Shown one piece after another: positions 31,021 through 39,921 of a stretch of 59,560 nt of DNA (position 1 is its first letter; each line of letters opens with the position of its first letter). A program made the position numbers and the translations under genes. The notes under the pieces are model-generated. The model ran no database searches, was not told the DNA's origin, and saw nothing but the letters and a program-made list of their open reading frames with translations. This DNA comes from Candidatus Hodarchaeota archaeon (GTDB lineage: Archaea; Asgardarchaeota; Lokiarchaeia; Sigyniarchaeales; SOKP01), in assembly GCA_048886685.1 (NCBI GenBank), contig JBHLKM010000004.1, positions 207,989 to 267,548 of the forward strand, given 5' to 3'.

Positions 31021-32022
31021 ATGAAAGCAATTGTATGCACAAAATATGGTCCGCCGGATGTTCTTCAGCTCAAAGAAGTAGAAAAACCTATTCCGAAGGA
31101 CAATGAAGTTTTGATAAAAATACACGCAACAACAGTAACAATGGGAGATTGTGAAATGCGAAGTCTCAAGTTCTCTGGTTTGTTAAAGTTCCTAATGCGA
31201 CTAGGAATTGGTTTTAGAGGGCCAAGAAAAAGATTTTCTATATTAGGGCAAGAATTTGCAGGAGAAATTGAATCAATAGGCAGCGAAGTAAAGAAGTTTA
31301 GGAAAGGTGAACCTGTTTTTGGAACTACCGATTTTCATTTTGGTTCTTATGCGGAGTACAAGTGTCTACCTGAAGATGGAGTACTAACAATAAAGCCAAC
31401 AAATATGACATTTGAAGAAGCCACTACTATTCCTTTAGGGGGGCTTGAGGCACTGCATTTTCTAGGGAAAGCAAATATTCAGAAAAGTCAAACAATGCTT
31501 ATCATTGGAGCTTCTGGAACTATTGGTACTATTGGGATACAACTCGCAAAACTTTTTGGAGCTGATGTAACAGCGATTGGTAATCCAAATAGTTTAGAAA
31601 TAATGAAATCTTTGGGAGCCGATCAGGTAATTGATTACACCAAAGAAGATTTTACCCAAGATAATGAGACATATGATATTATTTTTGATGTGATTGGCAA
31701 GACATCGTTTTCACAGGGTTTACGTTCACTAAATAAAAATGGAATCTATCTTTTAGCCAACCCAAAGTTGTCCTTGATTAATCATCATAAAAGAGAAGCG
31801 AGGAGAAACAATAAAAAAGTAATAAATAGGAATATTGCTAACTCAAAGGAAAGAACTGAACAATTAATATATCTCAGAGAACTTATTGAGGCGGGAAAGC
31901 TAAAAACGGTTATAGATAGACGCTATCCATTAGAACAAATTCCCGAGGCTCATAGGTATGTTGAGAAAGGACAAAAAACAGGAAATGTAGTAATAACCAT
32001 CGACCATAATAGCAAAAACTAA
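31021..32022 (+). CDS. MDR-family NAD(P)-dependent alcohol dehydrogenase/quinone reductase
   Basis: YGPPDVL, GQEFAGEI, GASGTIG, LGADQVIDY, VIDRRYPL. Confidence 0.92.
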   Translation: MKAIVCTKYGPPDVLQLKEVEKPIPKDNEVLIKIHATTVTMGDCEMRSLKFSGLLKFLMRLGIGFRGPRKRFSILGQEFAGEIESIGSEVKKFRKGEPVFGTTDFHFGSYAEYKCLPEDGVLTIKPTNMTFEEATTIPLGGLEALHFLGKANIQKSQTMLIIGASGTIGTIGIQLAKLFGADVTAIGNPNSLEIMKSLGADQVIDYTKEDFTQDNETYDIIFDVIGKTSFSQGLRSLNKNGIYLLANPKLSLINHHKREARRNNKKVINRNIANSKERTEQLIYLRELIEAGKLKTVIDRRYPLEQIPEAHRYVEKGQKTGNVVITIDHNSKN

Positions 32023-32094
32023 ATAGAAAAAGAAAATCTAAAAAGTCATTGATACACAATATATATTAACCATAAAGAAGAAATAAAGAGAACA

Positions 32095-32562
32095 GTGCGA
32101 GATAAAAGATTTGTGGCAGAACATCGAGGTGGATCCCTAACAAAAGATCAGCACCACCAATTAATGCAGTGGGGATGCAATTGTGCTGAACATGTATTAT
32201 CCCTCTATGGTAAAGAAATTGATAAAAGATTAAAAAATGCCCTCTCTGTAGCAAAAGAATGGATAAAAGGAAATGTTTCAGTAGGAGACGCAAGAGATGC
32301 ATCATTAAAGGCACACGAGGTTGCAAGAGAATCTTCTAACCCAACTTCGATAGCAGTAGCACGTTCCGTTGGACACGCTGTTGCAACGGCTCATATGTCC
32401 GATCATTCATTAGGAGCAGCAATATATGCATTAAAGGCTATCAGCAGCGCAGGAAAATCTATTGATCTTGAGAGAAAATGGCAAAATGAACAATTACCCA
32501 TTGAAATTATAGATCTTGTACTAACTGCAAGGAACAAGAAAGAGAAGGCTTTAAAAATGTAA
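32095..32562 (+). CDS. Imm5-like putative immunity protein
   Basis: W..CAEHVL, ARSVGHAVATAHM..H..GAAIYALKA, ERKWQ; GTG start. Confidence 0.75.
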   Translation: MRDKRFVAEHRGGSLTKDQHHQLMQWGCNCAEHVLSLYGKEIDKRLKNALSVAKEWIKGNVSVGDARDASLKAHEVARESSNPTSIAVARSVGHAVATAHMSDHSLGAAIYALKAISSAGKSIDLERKWQNEQLPIEIIDLVLTARNKKEKALKM

Positions 32563-32628
32563 GAAGATTTAAAAACTGAACTCGCGTGGATGGTTAGACG
32601 GAAAATTTGGTTATCAACGCAGAGAACT

Positions 32629-32700
32629 GCACTGTAGTCCCAATGCTAGAGCACCGCTCTTATAAATAGGCTGGTAAGGTTTCGAATCTCTTTAATAGCT
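32629..32700 (+). pseudogene. Decayed tRNA-like element (anticodon loop CT-TAT-AA, Ile-UAU-like)
   Basis: GCACTG-TAG-TCCCAATGCTAGAGC-A-CCGCT-CTTATAA-ATAGG-CTGGT-AAGGT-TTCGAAT-CTCTT-TAATAGC-T has tRNA landmarks at canonical spacing, but every stem has mismatches. Confidence 0.5.
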
Positions 32701-32780
32701 TATTACTTAATGATTATATAAAATACTTTTTTTTGCATTTTTATATACTCATTATAATCCGAAAACTCTTTTTCCACATG

Positions 32781-32900
32781 AATGGGGAGACTGTCGTGAA
32801 AGATAAACAAAATACATTAGCTAAACCAGAAAAGAAATTAAGAAGGAATTCTTCTTATTTAATACTCACTTGCGAATATAATCTAAAATTATATAAAACA
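32781..32900 (+). repeat. Degenerate direct copy of the D-aminoacylase 3' end and downstream DNA (28841-28960)
   Basis: NGETVVKDKQNTLAKPEKKLRRNS vs NGEIVVANKQHTLAKPGKILRRNSP; similarity continues past the stop codon. Confidence 0.8.
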
Positions 32901-32997
32901 AGCAGATTAAACCAGTAAATCAAAAAATTCTTAATTTCTATATAAAATAAGATATATAATAAATATATAATTACAAAAAATCTAATATAGCATATAC

Positions 32998-33657
32998 ATG
33001 GTTAGAAAAATTGATAACGATATCAAGCAATACTATGCCGACAGAGCATATGAATATAATAAGACATATTTAAGACCTGAACGTCAAAAAGATATTAAAA
33101 GACTTCATAAATTGCTAACTACCCTATTAAAAGGTCACTTCGTACTTGAGGTTGCATGTGGAACCGGCTTTTGGACTAAGACAATTGCAGCGGTTTCAAA
33201 ATTTATTACTGCTGTTGATATAAATGATGAGGTTCTTCAAATTGCAAAAAACCGCAGAATTCCTTCAGATAAGGTAGTTTATGTTCAGGATGATGTTTAT
33301 AAATTAAATAAAATTCAAAATAATTTTTCTGCTGGTTTTGCTGGTTTTTGGTGGTCCCATATATTAAAATCTAAATTAAGTAGCTTTATTGCCTTATTTC
33401 ATTCAAAACTTCAACCAAACGCTCTAGTTGTTTTTATTGATAATCGACGTGTGAAAGGAAGTTCCACACGAATAAGTCGAATTGATATTCATGGAAATTC
33501 CTACCAAATAAGGAAACTAGAGGATGGTCGAGAATATGAAATATTGAAAAATTTTCCTACTAAGAGAGAAATACATGATACTCTTGGAAATGAAGTCAAA
33601 AATCTTAAAATTAAATTCTTAAAGTATTTTTGGATTGTATCATATAATATTGAATAA
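32998..33657 (+). CDS. Class I SAM-dependent methyltransferase
   Basis: VLEVACGTGFWT, AVDIN, FAGFWWSHI. Confidence 0.92.
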   Translation: MVRKIDNDIKQYYADRAYEYNKTYLRPERQKDIKRLHKLLTTLLKGHFVLEVACGTGFWTKTIAAVSKFITAVDINDEVLQIAKNRRIPSDKVVYVQDDVYKLNKIQNNFSAGFAGFWWSHILKSKLSSFIALFHSKLQPNALVVFIDNRRVKGSSTRISRIDIHGNSYQIRKLEDGREYEILKNFPTKREIHDTLGNEVKNLKIKFLKYFWIVSYNIE

Positions 33658-33757
33658 TATTTTTCATAAACAAACTTATTTGATATACAAATATTTCACA
33701 TAAAAACAAAGTTTGATTTAGGGAAAAATTTTTGAAATTACGATTATAACCTAAGTT

Positions 33758-34408
33758 TTATATGAAATATTTTTTTTGCATCTTTACATACTCATTATAA
33801 TCCAAAAATTCTCTTTCCACATATTGGAAAACAATTTCATATAACTGACGAAATAGTTCTTCAGGGAACGCTTTCTGTTCGAAAACAACCTCATAAACTA
33901 ATTCTTCAGATAGAATTTGAGAATTGATTGATTGATGGTATAATAAAAAGTTCATCATCGCTTTATCGACCTTTGCCTTGATAAGTTTTTTAATAACGTT
34001 TAAACCAATATCTCTTTTTGGATCTACAAAATAAGGAAAATTCATATCATCTAAAATTTTAATGAAATTTAAGGAATCTGTTATTTTTTCCACACAATAT
34101 TCTAATGAACTTTCCGGAAGCCCAAATTTCTCGCAAAAATCCTTCTTCGTCTCATGGGCAGGAAAAGCAAAAGGATGCCTAGAAATGATATAATATGCGG
34201 CTATAAAAAATTTGTATAAATTATGGGGGATTTTTCTGTTATTTCTTAAATATTTATAGACTAAAGAAGCAGTATCTAATAAAAAATCAGTATTGATATC
34301 AAACTGCTCTAAAAAATCTAGGCCATCTTTGAGTAAATCAATAGTTATACGTTCTTTGGTATTAATAATCTCATAATCAGGAGTGTAGAGTTCTAACATT
34401 TCATACAC
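33758..34408 (-). CDS. Cyclin/TFIIB-fold-like protein
   Basis: FFIAAYYIISR..ETKKDFCEKFGLPESSL resembles the TFB cyclin repeat with HTH; no Zn ribbon. Alternative ATG at 34399. Confidence 0.5.
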   Translation of the reverse strand: MYEMLELYTPDYEIINTKERITIDLLKDGLDFLEQFDINTDFLLDTASLVYKYLRNNRKIPHNLYKFFIAAYYIISRHPFAFPAHETKKDFCEKFGLPESSLEYCVEKITDSLNFIKILDDMNFPYFVDPKRDIGLNVIKKLIKAKVDKAMMNFLLYHQSINSQILSEELVYEVVFEQKAFPEELFRQLYEIVFQYVEREFLDYNEYVKMQKKYFI

Positions 34409-34560
34409 ACAAGAGTATAATATTGAAATAACATACCAGTGACATTACTTTTAGATCAATTTTTAAAAGCTCCGACTTTATTACACAGTCTTTTAAAAGT
34501 ATGTAATATCGATATGTTTTTTTGATAATATTCATATATTTTTTTTTATATTTAAATGTG

Positions 34561-34598
34561 ATGCAGATTAAATGCAGATTGAATGCATTATGCATAAT
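34561..34598. promoter_or_regulatory. Putative operator: 11-bp-phased ATGCA(GATT) repeats plus palindrome
   Basis: ATGCAGATT at 34561 and 34572, ATGCATT at 34583, perfect palindrome ATTATGCATAAT at 34587-34598, in a divergent intergenic region. Confidence 0.55.
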
Positions 34599-34655
34599 AT
34601 TTAAATACTCAATTTTTCATTTTATTCTTAGCGACAAAAAGGAATTATTTAAAAA

Positions 34656-35135
34656 ATGGTACCTACAGACGAATCAACTGTTAAACCTTATGAATTGGAT
34701 CTCCCAAAAGATAGAGCAACCATCAATATAGATAGACTAGACCATGAAATAGTCCTTAATTTAATTGGAGTTATTGGAAATTCTAAATCAGCAGTAATAT
34801 GTCAAATGGTTAAGGATTGGATCAAGCAAAATACAGACAAGCTAATAAACACTTGGGAAATAGATCTTCCGGGGATAAAGAGACAGATAATTGCAGAAGC
34901 TAAAGGAATAAAAATTGATAAGGATTTAAAAGATTTTGAAGAGAGTGTTATTGAACAAATACCAGAATTATTTGAAGCTATTGAAAGTATTAGTATAGAA
35001 GAAGCAGCAAAAATGCTCGAAATTGCTCCTTTTACATTAAGGAAAATAATTATTTATCATAGAAAAACACTTGAAGAAAAGGGTTTGGAATTAACCTATA
35101 AGGATGGATCGATTATCAATAAAAAATTTGAATAA
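34656..35135 (+). CDS. Ribbon-helix-helix + HTH putative regulator
   Basis: RATINID..GNSKSAVICQMVKDWI (RHH-like); ISIEEAAKMLEIAPFTLRKII (HTH). Confidence 0.6.
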   Translation: MVPTDESTVKPYELDLPKDRATINIDRLDHEIVLNLIGVIGNSKSAVICQMVKDWIKQNTDKLINTWEIDLPGIKRQIIAEAKGIKIDKDLKDFEESVIEQIPELFEAIESISIEEAAKMLEIAPFTLRKIIIYHRKTLEEKGLELTYKDGSIINKKFE

Positions 35136-35160
35136 TTTGGTTTAAAGGAGGAGTAAAACT

Positions 35161-35385
35161 ATGGGTTCAGAGAATTTAAAAGAGATATATTACAAAATAA
35201 ATGATTTTTTTGATGAAAACACTACAGGCTTTGATGTTAATTATTCGAAAATAGTAATTCCTTTTTCTAAAATGTTTAAACGTTATAAACAAATGGATAT
35301 CTATTCTGGAGAAGAAAAAATCCCTTTTAAAGAAAGAGATCAAGAATTTAAGATGATTTTAAGGCAAGAATTCAAAGAGATCTAA
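35161..35385 (+). CDS. Microprotein, paralogue 1 of a local IPFS..IY.G.E.IPF family
   Basis: AGGAGG RBS upstream; shares motif with 42830 and 43167 ORFs. Confidence 0.75.
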   Translation: MGSENLKEIYYKINDFFDENTTGFDVNYSKIVIPFSKMFKRYKQMDIYSGEEKIPFKERDQEFKMILRQEFKEI

Positions 35386-35498
35386 TCACCGTTAATTTTG
35401 AAGGGAAAAGAAATACGTTTAAATATTCTTAAATCTCTATATTTTTTAATTTAAAAACCTTAGGTTAATCTATATATAAAAACGAGATTTTTGCACTT

Positions 35499-37043
35499 AT
35501 GGGAATTATAGTAAATACTTCTTTGGGGAAAATTGAGGGAGTTCAAGAATCAAATCATCAATCTTTTTTGGGGATCCGTTACGCTAAACCGCCTGTGAAT
35601 GAATTACGTTTTTGTGCACCTCTCCCAATTGAGGCTTGGGACGGTATCTATGACGCTAGTCGTTTTGGTCAAAATGCTCCTCAATATGATGGGCGTCAAG
35701 GAGTTTTTAAGAATACATCTGAAGATTGTTTATACTTGAATGTTTATACACCTAAGGCTGATGATACAAAAAGACCTGTAATGGTATGGATTCATGGTGG
35801 GGGATTTGTATTTGGATCAGGAGCAAGCCTGGGTTATGGAAAGAAAATAGTACCGAGAGGTAATATTGTTCTAGTTACAATCAATTATCGATTAGGGGTA
35901 TTTGGTTTTTTTAATTGGCCTGGTTTAACAAAAAATAATGGATTATTAGATCAAATTTGTGCTCTTGAATGGGTTAGAGATAATATTCGATATTTCGGAG
36001 GGGATCATAATAATGTAACGATTTTTGGTCAATCTTCTGGTGGAAGGGCAGTTGTTTCACTATTGGCAATGCCTTCTGCTAAGGGGTTATTCCACAAAGC
36101 AATCCCTCAAAGTGGTACAGCACATCCTTATGCATATGATGATACACCAAGTAAGAAAGCTTCAAAAGACTTGTTTGATGTATTAGGAATTAAGATTGGG
36201 GATATCAATTCATTACGAGAGGTAGATTGGACTGAATTGAATAAGGTTCAGCATGAAATTTTCCGTAAATTAAATCCGAAAGAACATCGAATTTTGTTCT
36301 CTTTTAGACCTATAATTGATGATGAAACTATTCCAGTTTTACCTTTAGATGCCATTCGGAATGGTTTCGCAAAAGATATTCCTTTACTTATAGGAAACAC
36401 ATTGGATGAAAGGAAAGTATATAATAGAGGATTAATCCGAACAAACCAAATTGAATTAATATATAAAAGACACGAAAAAATAGATGAGGCTACTCTTTTA
36501 AGATTTACAAATAAATATATGAAATTCTATGGTAAAACAGAAAAGGATGCAAAAACGTTAATTGAGACTTACAAAAAAGCTAGAAAGGGTAAATTGCCAA
36601 TAGAACCCTATGAAATTGGGTATACTATCAACACTGATGAGGCATATCGAATACCAATCATCCGAACTGCTGAAGCACAATGCCAAAATCAACAAAATAC
36701 TTATTGCTACCTATTTGGATTCGAATCACCTTTATATAAGGAGTTACTCGGTGCATGCCATACAATTGATTTACTGTTTATTTTCGGAACATATGACCTT
36801 TCAAACCCGAATACAGAAGTAATGGTTGGACGTGATAATATAGAGGAACTTGAAACCTTTTCAAATTTAATCATGGATACATGGATTTCATTTGCTAATA
36901 ATGGAGATCCGAATCATCCAGGGCTTCCTAAATGGCCAAAATACGAACTGAATAACCGTGCTACAATGATACTCAAACCAAATCCAGAAATTGTCAATGC
37001 CCCAATGGACGAGGAACGCTCTGCATGGGAAAATATACTTTGA
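35499..37043 (+). CDS. Type-B carboxylesterase
   Basis: FLGIRYAKPP, SEDCLYLNV, WIHGGGF, FGQSSG, GACH. Confidence 0.95.
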   Translation: MGIIVNTSLGKIEGVQESNHQSFLGIRYAKPPVNELRFCAPLPIEAWDGIYDASRFGQNAPQYDGRQGVFKNTSEDCLYLNVYTPKADDTKRPVMVWIHGGGFVFGSGASLGYGKKIVPRGNIVLVTINYRLGVFGFFNWPGLTKNNGLLDQICALEWVRDNIRYFGGDHNNVTIFGQSSGGRAVVSLLAMPSAKGLFHKAIPQSGTAHPYAYDDTPSKKASKDLFDVLGIKIGDINSLREVDWTELNKVQHEIFRKLNPKEHRILFSFRPIIDDETIPVLPLDAIRNGFAKDIPLLIGNTLDERKVYNRGLIRTNQIELIYKRHEKIDEATLLRFTNKYMKFYGKTEKDAKTLIETYKKARKGKLPIEPYEIGYTINTDEAYRIPIIRTAEAQCQNQQNTYCYLFGFESPLYKELLGACHTIDLLFIFGTYDLSNPNTEVMVGRDNIEELETFSNLIMDTWISFANNGDPNHPGLPKWPKYELNNRATMILKPNPEIVNAPMDEERSAWENIL

Positions 37044-37087
37044 ATTAAAATCTGTTTTTTACAGTACACACACTTGAGATTGAAATC

Positions 37088-37612
37088 ATGGAGGAAAAGA
37101 AGACAAAAAAAAACCGAATGGTAGAGTTAATTAGAACCGTGAGGAAAAATCCTCATTTAGCTTCATCCCAGTTGGATTTTCCGTCTATTACTGAACCATT
37201 AGCTAAGTATATTTCAGAAAGCCAATTTACCACAATCCCAGATGATATACTCGAACTTGCTAAACGTAATATCTTAGATACTTTGGCTTCAATGGTGGTT
37301 AGTTCACAGTTAAAACCTTCTCGTCTTGTTCGCCAATTTGATCCCAATCAAGAAAAAGAACCCCGAGTAGAATCAGCATTAGTAAAAGTGATACTAAAAA
37401 ATGGCGAACATCATGAGATTTTCATCGAACACGTCCTTGGATTCCCCGAACGACCCATGAATCACCAAGATGTTGAAAATAAAGCTAAAAGCTTGATTAC
37501 ACCGATATTAGTTCACTTAAAAGCTAATAAATTAATTGAAACAATATGGAATCTTGAAATCTTATCAAATATCCAAACAATTATTCCGTTATTAATTCCA
37601 CCAGATAATTAA
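37088..37612 (+). pseudogene. MmgE/PrpD family gene with large in-frame internal deletion
   Basis: PrpD N-terminus (TEPLAKYI..AKRNILDTLA) joined almost directly to the PrpD C-terminus (VKVILKNG..GFPERPM..VENKA); 174 aa versus about 450 aa typical. Confidence 0.7.
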
Positions 37613-37692
37613 TCAATTTTACTCATTTTTAATTCGCAATCTGTTAATTTATCATAATAAATCTCAATCAAGATATAAGTATATAATAAAAA

Positions 37693-38220
37693 ATGCCAGA
37701 GGATACAATACGAATGAGAATTCTAGTATTTCTTCATGGAACCTGTATTATGCATAAAAATGCTTTAGGTCTTTCAAGAGGGCAAATAATACAGCAGATT
37801 ATAGACAATACTGATGAATCTATATCTGATTTTGCCTCTTATATTCCAATAGGTGATGTTGTTAAGAAATTAACTTCATGGCATAATCAAGGAGCTGAGA
37901 TCTTATATCTTAGTTCTCATTTAAATCTCGAAAATGTAAAAAAAGACGAAATTGTTTTAAAAAAATATAAATTCCCTGAAGGACCTATATTTTATCGGTG
38001 GAAAAGAAAAGATTGGAATTTAACAATTGAAAAAGCTAAACCTGATATAATAATTGAAGATGATTGTGAGAGTATTGGAGGTACATCTCAAATGACTTAC
38101 CCTAATCTTCAACCAGAATTGCAATCTAAAATAACTTCAATTGTTATAAAAGAATTCGGTGGAATTGATCATCTTCCTAATAATATTTATAAATTGAAAG
38201 AACAGGTGCCTTTGAGATGA
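37693..38220 (+). CDS. HAD-like hypothetical protein
   Basis: ILVFLHGT (degenerate motif I), YLSSH, IIEDDCESIGG. Confidence 0.6.
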   Translation: MPEDTIRMRILVFLHGTCIMHKNALGLSRGQIIQQIIDNTDESISDFASYIPIGDVVKKLTSWHNQGAEILYLSSHLNLENVKKDEIVLKKYKFPEGPIFYRWKRKDWNLTIEKAKPDIIIEDDCESIGGTSQMTYPNLQPELQSKITSIVIKEFGGIDHLPNNIYKLKEQVPLR

Positions 38221-38254
38221 TTAAAATTAATATTAATTAACATTTAACCTAGAA

Positions 38255-38749
38255 TTATAAGGTTTTATTAATAGCATCTATTGTTCCTTGCATTAATAAA
38301 TAGCCTGTACCCTTTGACAACATCTTCGCAATCATCTTTGTTACCATTCCTTTCCCTTTAACTTTATATTTATAAAACACATCCATTGTAGAATCTGTTT
38401 CTTCAAACTCAATTTTTACATAAAACTCAATATTTGCCATTTGGAATTTAAATTTTGCTCGCTTTTTTTCATAAAACTCTTTTTGTTTTAATTTAATGCC
38501 ATGCTCGAATTTTTCTTCTTTCTTAACTTCTTTAATAATCCCTTCCTCAGTCACTTTTTCTTTTTCTTTAACTTTTGAAACATTCAATTTACCGCCACCT
38601 TGAATTTTAATTGCAAAATCTGTTTTTACGAAGTTATCACTGAATTCATCTAAAAAGCTATTAAAATCATCAGGAACATGAGGCATTGTATAAATTTTTA
38701 TTCTTTCACCCATTGCTGGAGGTTTAATTTTTAGTTTTGGTTTTCCCAT
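38255..38749 (-). CDS. Hypothetical protein, possibly SRPBCC/CoxG-like
   Basis: Beta-rich core with C-terminal helix (KGKGMVTKMIAKML). Confidence 0.45.
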   Translation of the reverse strand: MGKPKLKIKPPAMGERIKIYTMPHVPDDFNSFLDEFSDNFVKTDFAIKIQGGGKLNVSKVKEKEKVTEEGIIKEVKKEEKFEHGIKLKQKEFYEKKRAKFKFQMANIEFYVKIEFEETDSTMDVFYKYKVKGKGMVTKMIAKMLSKGTGYLLMQGTIDAINKTL

Positions 38750-38893
38750 TTATTTTTCAACTTCAAAAATATAATTAATTTATTTATTCAATTAACAAAT
38801 TAGTAAACTACATCTATTTATACTTAATTTATTGAAATTTTGTAAACTCCAAAAATATCAAAACTCAAAACCACAAAATAGTAATAGAAAAAA

Positions 38894-39718
38894 CTATTTT
38901 CCCTTAAATTCAGGTTCAATTTTTTTAAGTCTAGTAGATATTGCAATTCCTACATCTTCTGTGCTCAGCAAAGTTGTATAACCTTCATTTTCTATATCGA
39001 GAATTTTGTATATTTGATCTTTGAAAATATCGTGCACGGCTTTCCTCATTAATTTAATCGATAAACCAGGCGCTTTTGGAGTGATTAATTTCAATGCCTG
39101 TTCTCTCGCATAGGGTATTAATTCATCAAGAGGAAGTACTTTATTAACCAAACCAAGTTCAAATGCTTCTTGAGCTTCAATTTTTGCTCCAAAATATATA
39201 ATTTCTTTTGCTTTTTGAAATCCAACATAGAACGGTAAAAGGAAAGTTGAAGCGAATTCTGACATAAATGCGTTTTGTACAAAATAAAAACCCAAGTATG
39301 CGTTTTCAGAGGCGTAAATAAGATCCGCACCAATCATAAGCATTGTAATTCCACCACCTATGGCTAACCCATTCACAGCAGCTACGATCGGCTTAGGAAA
39401 ATCAAAAATTTTTTTAGCCATTCTTACAGATGATTTATCAGTAGGATCTATCATTTTCCTTAATTCAGGGGTCATCTCACTCATTGCTTTTGGGCTCATA
39501 TATGCCCCTGAAGAAAACGCATTTCCCTCTTGGTTCCCCGTTAGTACAACAACTCTAATATCATCATCTCGTTCCATATGATCGAATGCTGCTTGCAATT
39601 CTAAAAATGTTATTGGAGATAAAGCATTTCTGCGTTCTGGTCGATTGAGTATTATAGTCCCTATGCCGTTTTCTTCTTTTTCATATTTAATATCCTTAAA
39701 ATCTTCAATAGCGATCAT
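38894..39718 (-). CDS. Enoyl-CoA hydratase/isomerase family
   Basis: LNRPERRNAL, AFSSG, PKPIVAAVNGLAIGGG, PEFKGK. Confidence 0.93.
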   Translation of the reverse strand: MIAIEDFKDIKYEKEENGIGTIILNRPERRNALSPITFLELQAAFDHMERDDDIRVVVLTGNQEGNAFSSGAYMSPKAMSEMTPELRKMIDPTDKSSVRMAKKIFDFPKPIVAAVNGLAIGGGITMLMIGADLIYASENAYLGFYFVQNAFMSEFASTFLLPFYVGFQKAKEIIYFGAKIEAQEAFELGLVNKVLPLDELIPYAREQALKLITPKAPGLSIKLMRKAVHDIFKDQIYKILDIENEGYTTLLSTEDVGIAISTRLKKIEPEFKGK

Positions 39719-39921
39719 ATTTTTCTATTTAATTTGTATAATTATATTTTGTATTAAATTGCCAAATCCAGAATAGATAATTAATTTTGTTATAATTTAA
39801 TCATTATCCCATCAGGATTCTAGGTGTGGTCCTAACTAAGCCTTCTTAAAATTCATAAAATATATATGAAAATGAATAATATCAATTTATTCATAAATTA
39901 AATCTAATATAATTGATTCGT

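Noticed and set aside
32095-32562. Toxin-immunity or defence system
   Set aside because: No toxin gene is adjacent; Imm5-like genes are commonly orphan.
32733-32918. 61-aa ORF as a genuine gene
   Set aside because: It is the duplicated aminoacylase tail embedded in AT-rich sequence.
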